In this document: positions 18,988 to 32,058 of the stretch, piece after piece | Numbering within the stretch: position 1 is the stretch's first letter | Layout of the letters: every line of letters starts with the position of its first letter | Assembly: GCF_009914755.1 (NCBI RefSeq) | Contig: NC_060935.1 | Source: the human T2T-CHM13v2.0 reference genome, Homo sapiens | Direction: 5' to 3' (one strand) | DNA length: 64,000 nucleotides | Notes under the pieces: generated by a model | Seen by the model: only the letters and a program-made list of their open reading frames with translations | Told to the model about the DNA's origin: nothing | Databases searched by the model: none | Translations under genes and position numbers: made by a program

Positions 18988-19320
18988 AATTTATTTCCTT
19001 TTTTTTCAATGTTGTTACCTTGATTGTGTCAGGTGGCTTTCTGACACATTGATTGAAGTAATTTCCCATAAATAGATTTTTCCGAAACAAAACTTTGTTA
19101 TTCAAAAATAAAACAACTGAAAGGTCACTGGTTTCTGTCAGAAACTTATAAAAGATGTCCTGAAGGTAAAAAGGGGACAAGGTTATAGGACAAGAAATGT
19201 TATAGTATGGCCTATATGCTGCTTTCTTAGAATTTCCTAAATACCAGATCTTTCATCTCTACCTCAAAGTAAACTACACCTTTGTAATAAGAAGAAAAGT
19301 TGTACAGTAAGGAGGGTATT

Positions 19321-19696
19321 TGATACGGTTTGGCTGTGTCTCCACCCAAATCTCATCTTCACTTGTAGTTTCCTTAATCCCCATGTTTTTTGGGAGTGAG
19401 CTGATGGGAGATAATTGAATCATGGGGGCAATTACCTCCATGCTGTTCCTGTGATAGTGAGTGAGTTCTCACAAGATCTGATGGTTTTATAAGGGGCTTT
19501 TCCCTATATCCACTGTACACTTCTCCTTGCTGCCTCCATGTGAAGAAGAATGTGTTTGCTTCCCCTTCCACCATTATCGTACGTTTCCTGAGGCTTCTCC
19601 AGCCATGCTGAACTGTGAGTGAATTAAACCTCTTTCTGTTATAAATTACCCAGTCTTGAGCAGTTCTTTATAGTGGCATGAGACTGGACTAATACA
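19321..19696 (+). mobile_element. THE1C/D solo LTR
   Basis: tgatac...ctaataca termini; exact 5-bp TSD gtatt. Confidence 0.93.
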
Positions 19697-20883
19697 GTAT
19701 TCTAACCAAAAAAAAAAGTTCTAGTAGATGGTTTTGTTTTTAATGGGCCTATTCTGGGGCAAGTTAATACATCTTATTTTGTTTTGTCTTGTTTAAAAAT
19801 GTAAAGAACCTCAAACAGAAACAAAATTTTAACTGTTTTCTATTCAGTTCTGCCTCTCTCTCCACAGCCAGGAAGTAGAGCTAAGTTTCTTCTATATTGT
19901 CTTTAAAGATTAATAACATGTTGTGAGTTTTACATTTAGCTAAAAAAATGTGGCTCCATTTATCTTTGGCCTTCTACCACCCAAAACAATTAAGATTTAT
20001 CTAGGACATTTGCAATAATAAAATTAAAACTAAACTCAATCAATTTGAAGTCAATACTACAAATGCTTACTGATTTTAAGTGTTTGTCTTGACTTTAAAT
20101 GGCAATTTAATCAAATGGGTTTTCTTAGCATTTCCTAACTATAGGAAAAATTTGCTTTCTTTTTTCATGAAGGCATCTGAAAGAGAAAACCCAGCATATA
20201 TAACTAACAACCCAATGAGATGTGATAAGGAAAATAAACAAAACAAAATAAAAACGTATTCAGTGTTTCTCATTTTAAAAAGCTTTCAAAAACATACTCC
20301 TCAGAGAAAAGTGATTACAGCAAAGTATTTGTGTTCACAAAAATATGAATTGCCTAGAAAGGCAGAAATCACTGTTTCTGTTCCTCTGATTTTATATCCT
20401 TATTGATCAGAATGCTGTAATTTTCATAGCACTGGAGGGGAAAAGACAAGTAAGCGTGCAATTATTTAGAATAGAGGTTTGGGAGCAATTTTTATAATCA
20501 ATAACCCAACCCTAGAAGGAATAGAAAGTAGTATTTAAAATGGTATTCACAGGAGATTCAGTAATACTGATTTGATTCTGTTTGAGCACATTTTATAAAT
20601 TACTCTTCTCATTGAATCTTATTTGTATAATTATTTTTTATTTTAAAATCTTACTTTGCAGCGGTTACCGAGAAAAAGCCCTCCAAAGTTAGAATACCTT
20701 CCTTTATATTTAAAAAATAAAGTCAGCCTGTGTTTCATGTAGTAAGGTATTATGATTTGTTTTTAAACTTGTGAACTTGTGTTCTGTGCTCAGGAAAGAG
20801 AAAATGATTAAAAATAGGTGGCTTTTGACAATATACAAGTAGGCGTAAGTCTTAACTTTAAAAAAAAAATAAAAAAAAAATCG

Positions 20884-21211
<328 letters not shown>

Positions 21212-21576
21212 TTAATACAAAAGAAACAAATAAAAATTGATTTTTTTTTCTTAGGGTGCCCTGTCTATGATGTCCCAGGCATAAGGAGAACTAAGTTGTT
21301 CCCTTTCCACCTAGTCTTTTTGAGTGAGATTATTAGTTTTCTTTAGTAAATGGACCAACCCATCAGGAGAACAAACTTGAATAATGAAAAAGAATAAAAT
21401 AATTTATATGTTTAATCATACAATTGCCAGACCTCCAAATGAAAAAAAAAAAAATCTATCAGTATTATCTTTTTACTCTCTTTCAACTGAGATTCCCTCC
21501 CTCCTTCCCAAGTGTATAAATTTGGTTTCTTTTCTGTGGTTTTCTTTTTAAAATATATAATGCATTTTATACAGTT

Positions 21577-21686
21577 TTATTTTCTTCTTTGCAGATGTTC
21601 AGCATCATCAGGATTATTTATTGGATCACTAATAACTGTGTTAATTGGAGAAATCGAATGACATTTTTCTTCCTCAGCAAGAAAAC
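21577..21686 (-). other. Candidate terminal exon (unvalidated)
   Basis: Long pyrimidine tract plus CAG acceptor (ctttgcttttccacctttacttctttcacctgtttcag|G); open frame xFLAEEEKCHSISPINTVISDPINNPDDAEHLQRRK*; the stop overlaps AATAAA. Confidence 0.3.
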
Positions 21687-21999
21687 CTGAAACAGGTGAA
21701 AGAAGTAAAGGTGGAAAAGCAAAGATTCCAATAGGTAAATGCTTGTGGAAAGGCTATTTGTGGCTTCCCTGGTTTCCCTTTGGTACAACCTTTTAGGATT
21801 TATCTCCAGTGTAAAGAATGTATATTTCTTTTACCATAAGAAAAGCTCTCTGGTTGTCATGAATTTCTATACTGTTCCTTTTTCAGAATAAATTCCCTTG
21901 AATTGAGTTGTGGAAGAGATAGTCAAATATGACAGCCACTCTTCTAAAGAAAAGTAAAATATCATTCCAGTGAAAAAAAAGTAAATTTTGATTGTGAAA

Positions 22000-22490
<491 letters not shown>

Positions 22491-23811
22491 TTAATGTACA
22501 TCATTGTCATTCTCATCCCTCTACTAAGGTTAGTTGCATGAGGTTAATCCAGATATTTTCTACCCTCTTACATTTGTAAGCCTATATGTATATGCAGAGC
22601 CTAATTTAACAGGATTACCTAGGCCAATTATTAAATAATATCAAGAAATATTTCAGAAAATCACCTTTCATTTAAATTAATAATATTACATGCTCTTATA
22701 CAAACTCTTTTCTTTGTAAGTCTCTTTTTTCTAATATGCTGCTTAGTATCTGTTAGTTATAAAATTACCTTTGAAAAAGTATTCTTAACAAATTATCCTC
22801 AGTGTAGTGATTTACTTTCAGTAACTTAATTTCTGGCTTTGGGTTTTGTAAGCAGGGAGAATTATAACTGCTACTTCCGGATCTCCAAACATGCATTTTC
22901 TTTGGATTTACTAACAATGCTCCTAAACTCTGCTCCACAGATGTCTGTCTTCACTGACCCCATTTCTCCTGCACTAAGATGGAGTGGTGCCAAATAGGAC
23001 AATAGTTTTGCCTGAGAAGATATTATGGCCTCAGGGGAGTGAACTGAGATACATCCTCCATTCCCCAGTTGAGGACCATGGCAGCCATCTGTTAAAAGCA
23101 GGTAATGAATAATGAAGTCTATCCTGTGAGGCAGGGATTATTGATTAGATTTTTCTCTCAATGAGGCACTATCCATCCCTAGTTATCTTCTAATCTTAAT
23201 TCATTTTCTTCAGTGTGAACTAAGTCAAAATCTAAAAAAAAAAAAAAAAAAAGAAAGAAAAAAAATACCCTAACATGATGCTGTTATAAACTTGGTCTAA
23301 TATTCAGGCTCGTTTAACAGTGAAAAATAACAGAAATTCTAGTACTGTAGCCTAAACATTGATATTATGGTCTGAAACGTATGTTTGGAGACAAAAGAAA
23401 ACAAAACTATTGGCTTCTCTAGAATATTGACTATAATATTTCTAAATAACTTTTTATTTTTTCTCAAATGAAGCTGGTCCTTATACTTTTATAGTCCTGA
23501 AAGTGTTAAGCAAATACAGAATGATTACCTATAATTTAGATAGGTTTTCCATAGCAGTCACTCAGAAGATACATTTTCTTTTGCAGTACATTATAAATTT
23601 TTAAGCATCTAACTAGGAAGCATCAATTTACTTAAATTATAAAACGGCCGTGGACCACATAAATAATACAAATGGAAGTAGGTTAGAAATGCCCAAGGAT
23701 TAAATGTAAGTTTTTGAAAAATATATTTTAGTGAGAAGAATAATAAATTATGATGTAAACATAAGTTTCTGTCAATTAATACTTCCCACATTTAGTTTCT
23801 GAGTAAAAGAT

Positions 23812-24100
23812 GTAATAGCTCACATTTATGAAACACTTACTATGCAAGTTTTTCACAAGCATTCAATATTCACAACATTTCTCTATCCAAATTCCTAAAA
23901 GAGTCTGAAACATATTGTTATAGTAAACATTTTTGAGTGAAAGCAACATTATGAGCTGGGTATTAATAACAACTTTAATTCATAGATAAAAAAATTAGAA
24001 TAATATTAAGGAATTAGCACCAAGTCACACAAGTGACATTAGTGAAAACCTGGATTTGAATGCAGTTCTATTTGCCTCCAAAATTATCTTACTTAACCTA
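23812..24100 (-). mobile_element. MIR
   Basis: 'taatagctcacatttat...ccaagtcacac...ggatttgaatgcag'. Confidence 0.65.
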
Positions 24101-24929
24101 CTATCCAATGTCACCTTGTAGTAACTCACTGGATATTTACCACATATTACCCACACAAAAGATTCATGTCATACTTTCCTGAGAAAGCCACTGAGTAAAC
24201 AGCCAACTAATAGTCAAATAACTATACTGTGGTTTTGCAAATTATTTTTATGCCAATTTTTTTAGTCATGTACAAAATAAATAACATTAATTCTGATTCT
24301 TAAAGTTCTGAGTAAGAATATTTTTTTCTCTGAAAATATAGAGCACAATGAAAGCAAATGAATAGAATAAAATGACGCTGATTAGTTTTCTTTCAATTAA
24401 AACAAACTTGCTCAAATATTGAATGGAAAATCAATTTGTAAAATCTCAGTTGTAATAAATAAAATATATATCAGTTAACAAGTAAAATATTTCCATAAGT
24501 TATCATGCCTAAGTTGCTTTAATAAAATAGTGCTAGGCATATTCATTCCTTACAATTGATGCTTAAAACATCTGTTTTGAAAAATACAAAAACCTTTGCA
24601 GAAAGCCTTTTATAAGTCAAAGCATGCAACACTGTAATGATTCATGGTTTTAGGCTTTATCTAAAGTCTATTTTAGTTTTCTTTCCTTGGTAAGTTTTTC
24701 TAGGAGCATCAAGAGATATAAAAACTAGCCAAAGATAACCACAAGATCCTTTTATCAATGGGACATCTGAGTAGAATAAGATCACCTAAAGTTTCCCTTC
24801 TATTGGCTTATCTTGACCTCTTTAAATAAAATCTTTTTTTTTTTTCAAAATATTTTCTACAAGGGTTCTTTTCCACAGGCGAGCATGCCAAAGGAAGAGA
24901 GAAGTAAGGGTGTTTAAAAAGAAGAGTTA

Positions 24930-26095
24930 ATCTATTCATTCAGCACATTTTTGAGTGCTTTCTTTAGGCCAAGCATTCCTCTGGGCTCTGGAGATTGATC
25001 AGTGAACAAAACAAAAATGAGAGCTGATATTCCAGGAGGCATGAGAGGGAAGGAGTCAGAGAAAAAACATAAATAGGCCAGAAATTGATGAGTACTGTAG
25101 AGGAAAATAAAGTACATGTTACGGACTGGATGTTTCTGTTCTCTGAGAGTCACGTTTAATTCCTAACTTCTAGTATGTCTTTTTTTTTGGAGATGGGGGC
25201 TCTAAGCAAAGAACTAAGGTCAAATGAGGTCAGAAAGGTAGGGCTCTGATTCTATAGGTTGAGTGAGACGTCTTATAATAAGAGACAACAGAGAGCATGC
25301 TCTCTCTCTCTCTTGGCCAGCAGGCACTAAGGAAAGGCTATGTGAAGAGAGCCAGAAAGAGAGCCTTTGTCACAAATCAAATCAGAAAGAACCTTAATCT
25401 TAGACTTCCCAGACTCCAGAACTGTGAGAAAATACAACCCAGTCTGTTGTCTTTCGGTATGGCAGCCAGAACAGACTAACAGAGCAGGGTAGAGAGAATT
25501 GTGCCTTTGGGAAGAAAGTGCCAGTTTAAAGATAGGTCTCATTGTACTAGTGAACTTTTAGCCAAAACCCTAAAGAGGCATGCAAGAAACTTTAGAGGCT
25601 GTCTGGAAGAGTAACAGACCAAGTACAGGGAACATCAAGTGCAAATGCCCCGAGGAGCAAGTCTGTGTAGAGAAATCGGAAACAGAAAAAAACAAAAACA
25701 AAAACAGTATGGCCAGAGAGGAGAATAGTACAATAACATCCAGGAAGCAACCATACATCAGATCATGTAAAACTCTGTAGGCTGTAGATAGGACTGAAAT
25801 TTGTTGAGCGTGAGAAGGAAACAATTAGAAGGTATTTCTTAATTAAAACACACACAGGTGGCTATGTGTAGAACTGACTTTGGGAGAGGATAACAAAAGA
25901 GTGGAAAGTCATTTTAGAGGCCATTAAAATAACTCAGGTATAAAATGAGGCAGTATTGGAATAGGACTATGGCAAAGGAGGTGGTGAGAAGGTAGTAATA
26001 TTTTAGAAATATTTTGAAAATAAAATTGAAAGCATATCCTAAATAGAATTCACAGGAAATGTGAGAGAAAGACAAGAGCCTAGGAGGACCCCTAG
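24930..26095 (-). mobile_element. L2a, split by MLT1A
   Basis: 'attcattcagcacatttttgagtgc' terminus; 'gggaacatcaagtgcaaatgccc' and 'ggaggtggtgagaag'. Confidence 0.8.
25117..25481 (+). mobile_element. MLT1A-like MaLR solo LTR
   Basis: 'tgttacggactggatg...gacttcccagactccagaactgtgagaaa...gactaaca'. Confidence 0.85.
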
Positions 26096-26289
26096 GATAA
26101 CAATCAAGATCATAGAATCAAAAATGGTTTAAAATAGGAGAGAGATGAGAGGATGGTACCATATCATGACTGTGAAAAAAAAAAAAAAAAAGCAAAAAAG
26201 TCTCACAAAATTTAGGTACTAATAATTGTTTGGGGGTCTCATAAAAGTAAACAATTTTTGTAGTTTGGACGCTAGAAAAAGTAAGCCAG

Positions 26290-26669
<380 letters not shown>

Positions 26670-27321
26670 TCACAGCCTAGGGGTGATTAAGTGGGTAGTT
26701 AAAGTAGTATGAGTAAAGATCGTAAGAGGTTACAAAGCTGAAATATTAAGAAGTCAGTGTATTATAGGTAATGAATATAAATATGTTCAATACATTAAAT
26801 TTATAGGAGAAATGCCAGAATTTTATGCAGAGTTCCCCCTCCACAGGAGAGGGCTTCAGCTTCAGGAAGATGGTGTGTTTGGTAAATAGCAAGGTTTCAT
26901 TTAAGAAATAGAGATTTTTTTTAAACACAAAGAAAAAGAACTCTTAAAAGATTTCTCATGGGCAAGGAACAGGGTTTGGAAAAATCATTGTGGCAGAGAG
27001 GTGCAGTGTGTGGGGCTGAATCAAAGTAGCACATGGCCTAGACAGAGCGATATGAGCATGAAATTCTCCATGGTATTATATAGCCTAGAAGGACTGAGCT
27101 TCTGTAAGTGACTAAGGTGCAGCAATATAAGTCATGAAAATTTCCTTATTTCTTGGAAAGAAGGAGGTGGACAACTATTTTAAACAAGAGTCCTGAATAT
27201 TTAAGCCCAATGGTATAGAAGCCTCATAGTAATTTGTATTTGTGAGCAATGTCAGCTAAGAAATGGAGCTTGGACCTGTCAAAGAATAACTCAGAACTAT
27301 TCAGTTGTTAAAGAATAACTC

Positions 27322-27616
27322 AGCCGGGTAAGGTGGGTCACACTTGTAATTCTAGCACTTTGGAAGGCCAAGGTGGGCAGATCACTTGAGCCTAGGAGCT
27401 CAAGACCAGTCTGGGCGACATGGTGAAACTGTATCTTTACAAAAAATACAAAAATTAGCCAAGCATGGTGGCAAGCATCTGTAGTCCCAGCTACTCCAAA
27501 AGCTGAAGTGGGAGGATCACTTCAGCCCAGGAAGTTGAGACTCCAATGAGCAATGATCATGCCACTGCACCCCTGCCTGGTGACAGAGTGAGACCCCATC
27601 TCAACAACAAAAAAAA
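27322..27616 (+). mobile_element. AluJ
   Basis: J-type 'cttgagcctaggag' and 'gggaggatcacttcagccc'. Confidence 0.92.
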
Positions 27617-27699
27617 TAACTTAGATATATTCGTCAGATATATTATTTGAACATTTCAGAAAGTTTATATCCATACGTGGGAAATTGCATTTGAACTAT

Positions 27700-27880
27700 T
27701 TTCTTCTTTTTTCTTTTTTTTTTTTTTTTTTGAGACAGAGTCTTGCTCTGTCACCCAGCCTGGAGTGCGAAGGTGAGATCTCAGCTCACTGCAATCTCCG
27801 CCTCCTGTGTTCAAGTGATTCTCCTGCCTTAGCCTCCTGAGTAGCTGGGACTACAGGTGTGTGCCACCATGCCCAGCTAA
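27700..27880 (-). mobile_element. AluS right arm only (5'-truncated)
   Basis: Poly-T, then the right monomer ending at 'gcccagctaa'. Confidence 0.92.
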
Positions 27881-28084
27881 TCTAATGCTGCCACTGATCT
27901 GACAGGGGGTGGAGCTCAGGAGATAATGCAAACGATGAGGAGCGGCTATAAACATAGATGAAGCTTTGCTCGCTTACCTACCACACACCTCCTGCTACAC
28001 AGCCCAGTTCCTCCCAGGGGTTGGGAACCACTGCTGTAACAGATTTGGGCAAAGTAATCGAAATCCTTCTGGAAAGGATGACCA
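27878..28084 (+). repeat. Local duplication of 30995-31201 (MER1A end plus Tigger1 junction)
   Basis: Ungapped 207-bp alignment with 14 mismatches by hand count (~93%). Confidence 0.93.
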
Positions 28085-28203
28085 CTTTCCAGGTGTTGTC
28101 ATTATACTACAGCCTGAAAGAGTAAAAACAAAATCTAACAACTCTCTTCCTTTTGGGTACTTGCTTATATTTACTCCACCCAAATAAAGGTTGAGCTGTT
28201 CTT

Positions 28204-28567
<364 letters not shown>

Positions 28568-29293
28568 TCACTGAGGACAAGACTCCAGGGCAAAGTTCAC
28601 TCTCTTAAGGGGGTGATTTAAGATACAGTGAGTCCTTTCACACTCTAAATCTCTATACCTTCCTTTTTAGATCATTTAGAGGTCTCAAGATTATCACTTT
28701 TCTACCACAGCCAGATGTGCTAGGTTAGCTATACACAATCACAATAATGAAGACATTCATTTAATTTTTATTTTGAAACTCATAGCAGGAGTTCTAGTGT
28801 TATTTGAAATAGAAATGCAAATTTAAACAGATATTTTACTTGATATTTTTTATATGAAGAAAAAAAAAAGGAGAGACAAAAACGGGACCATAGAAATTGC
28901 TCTGTGTTACTGCCCATATTTTTTTATTAGAAAATGCAGGTGTAGAACTCAGCCTTTCTTAGCTCCTTGTCACAGTGAGTTTTTTCTCCTGTCACACCTA
29001 CTGAGTCAGTGGTGGATGAGACAGAGTAGTGCTATTAAAGAAATCAGCCAGCAGAAACAGTGTCCCCAGCAAAGACCTTTGATAAAAACTCACTTTGGTG
29101 CTAATGTTTGGCTCTGCAAGGACTATAGGCTCACTTTCAGCCTTAGAATCAAAGGATATAACCCTGGCATTTTTTTTTTCATTTTATCTTCATTTTAGCA
29201 GACATTTGTTCACTATTAACCAGGTAACAGGCTTGTCAGCTTTACAATTTAATTCTAAAGATGGAACCAATAGAGAATAGAAAAAAAATCCTA

Positions 29294-32058
29294 TATGCAT
29301 ATTTCATTTTATTGTGCTTTCCTTTATCGTGCTTTGCAGATATTGTGTTTTCTAAAAATTGAAAGAATGTGAAATCACTATGTTAAGCAAGTTTATCAGC
29401 AAAAGTTTTCCAACAGCATGTGTTCACTTTGTGTCTCTGTGTCACAATATTTCAAACGTTTTCATTAGTATTTTGTCTGTCATGGTGATCTGAGATCAGT
29501 GACATTTGATGTTACTATTGTCATTGTTTTGGAATGCCACAAATTGTGACCACAGACTTCATCAATAAATGTTTATGTTCTGACAGCTCCACTGACTGGC
29601 CACTCTCTCTCATTCTTTTCAGGCTTCCCTATTCCCTGAAATAAAACAATATTGATTTTTCAAAAATATTGAAATTGGCCTGATTAATAATGCTACAATG
29701 TCCTCTAAGTGTTGAAGTGAAAGGACACCTACCATTTTTAAAAGAAAAGCTAGACATGATTAAGGCTCACGAGGAAGGCAAGTCAAGAGCCGAGACAGAC
29801 CAAAAGCTAGCTCTCCTGCACCCATTAGATAAGTTGTCTGAATAGGAGATCAACCTAGCCACGACATTTTCTTAAGCCAAAACATAATCCAGAGCAAGAT
29901 TCTAGCTCTCTTTAACTCTGTGAAGGCTGAGAGAGGTGAGGAAGCTGCAGGAAAAAAGTTCGAAGCTAGTAGAGGTTGGTTCATGATATTTAAGAAAAGA
30001 AGCCATTTACATACATAAAAGTGCAAGGTGAAGCAGCAGGTGCTGAGGTAAAAGCTGCAGCAAGTTATCCAGAAAATCTAGCTGAGATCATTGATAAAGC
30101 TTGTTCCATGACACAACAGATTTCAGATGTACACAAAATAGCCTTCTATTGAAGCATGTCATCTAAGACTTTTATAGATAAGGAGGAGAAGTCAATGTCT
30201 GGCTTAAAATATTGGAAGGAAAGGCTGACTCTCTTGTTAGAGGCTTATGTAGCTGGTGACATTCAGTTAAAGCTGGGACTCACTCACCATTTCCAAAATC
30301 TTAGGGCACTTTAGAATTCTGCTAAACCTACTCTGCCTGGGCTCTATTAAAAAAACAACGAAGACTGTATGATGACAAATCTGTTTATAGCATGGCTTAT
30401 AGAATATTTTTACACCACTATTGAGACCTACTGCTCAGAAAAAAAGATTCTTTTCAAAATTTTACTGCTCATTGACAATGCACATAGTCACTGAACAGCT
30501 CTGATAGAGATGAACAAAGAGATTAATGTTGTTTTCATGCCTGCTAACACAACATCCATTCTGCAGCCCATGGATCAGAGTCATTTTTACTTTCAAATAT
30601 TATTTAAGTAAATACACTTCATAAGGCCATAGCTCCCATAAATAATGATTCCACTACACAGCAGTCCTTAACCTTTTTGGCACCAGAGACTAGTTTCATG
30701 GAAGACAATTTTTCCATGGACAAGGGGGGAGGGATGGTTATGAGATGATTCAAGCACATTACATTCATTTATTGTGCACTTTATTTCTATTATCATTATT
30801 ATAATGAAATAAATACAAAACTCACCATAATGTAGACTCAGTAGGAACCCTGAGCTTGTTTTCCCACAATTAGATGTTCCTATCTGGGGGTGATGAGAGA
30901 CAGTGACAGATCATCAGGCATTAGATTCTCATAAGGAGAATGCAACCTAGTTCCCTCACATGAACAGTTCACAACAGGGCTCATGCACCTAGGATAATCT
31001 AATGCTGCCACTGATCAGACAGGAGGTGGAGCTCAGGAGATAATGCAAACAATGAGGAGCGGCTATAAACACAGATAAAGTTTTGCTCACTTACCTACCA
31101 CACACCTCCTGCTGCACAGCTCAGTTCCTCCCAGGAGTTGGGAACCACTGCTGTAACAGATCTGGGCAAAGTCATTGAAATCCTTCTGGAAAGGATTACC
31201 ATTCTAAATGTCATTAAGAACTTTTGTGATGCATGAAAAGAAGTAAAAATACCAACATTAACAGGAGTTCAGAAGAAGTTGATTTTGACCTTCATGGATG
31301 ACTTTGAGGAGTTCAAGACATTGGTGGAGGAAGTCACTGCAGGTGTGGTGGAAACAGCTAGAGAACCAGATTTAGAAGTGAAGGCTAAAGATGTGACTGA
31401 ATTGTGGCAATCTCATGATAAAATTTGAACAGATGAGGAATTCCTTGCTAGGGATGAGCAAAGGAAGTGGTTTCTTGGGATGAAATCTACTCCTGGTGAA
31501 GATGCTGTGAACATTGTTGAAATGACATCTAAGGCTTTAGAATATTATATAAACTTAGTTGATAAGGCAGCAGCAGCAGCGTGTGAAAAGATTGACTTTA
31601 ATTTTGAAAGAAGTTCTTCTGTGGGTAAAATGCTGTAAAAGGGCATCACATGCTACAGAGAAATCTTTTGTAAAAGGATAGTCAATTGATGTGGCAAATT
31701 TCATTGTTGTCTTATTTTCAGAAATTGCCACAGCCACCCCAATCTTCAACAAATACCACCCCACTCAATCAACAGCCATCAACATCAAGGCAAAACCATC
31801 CACCAACAAAATTTACAACCCACTGAAGACTGGGATAATTGTTAAGATATTTTAGCAACAAAGTATATTTAAATTAAGGTATATAGTTTGGTTTTTTACA
31901 CACAAAGCTATCTCACGCTTAATAGAGTGCAATGTAGTATAAACATAACTTTTATATGTGCTAGGAAGCCAAAAAACTTGTGTGATTTTCTTTATTGAGA
32001 TGTTTGTTTTATTTCAACTGACTGGTACTGAAACAGCAATATCTCTAATGTATGCCTG
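29294..32058 (+). mobile_element. Tigger1 (pogo/TcMar DNA transposon), near full length, decayed transposase
   Basis: Terminal inverted repeats 'ta|tatgcata...' and '...gtatgcctg|ca'; internal 'agaggttggttcatga' and 'ctgcagcccatggatca' (LQPMD motif); ~0.1-kb deletion near 29838. Confidence 0.93.
30659..31150. mobile_element. MER1A (hAT-Charlie) inserted in Tigger1
   Basis: Termini 'cagcagtccttaacctttttggcacc' and 'gttgggaaccactg'; internal 'ggcattagattctcataaggag'. Confidence 0.9.

Noticed and set aside
27281-27323. Direct repeat aaagaataactcag x2 just before the AluJ
   Set aside because: Only two 14-bp copies; most likely a small local duplication at the Alu target site, not an array.
29700-31600. 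Domesticated Tigger/pogo transposase gene
   Set aside because: Multiple stops and frameshifts, a deletion and a MER1A insertion; no plus-strand ORF of 60 aa or more in the track.
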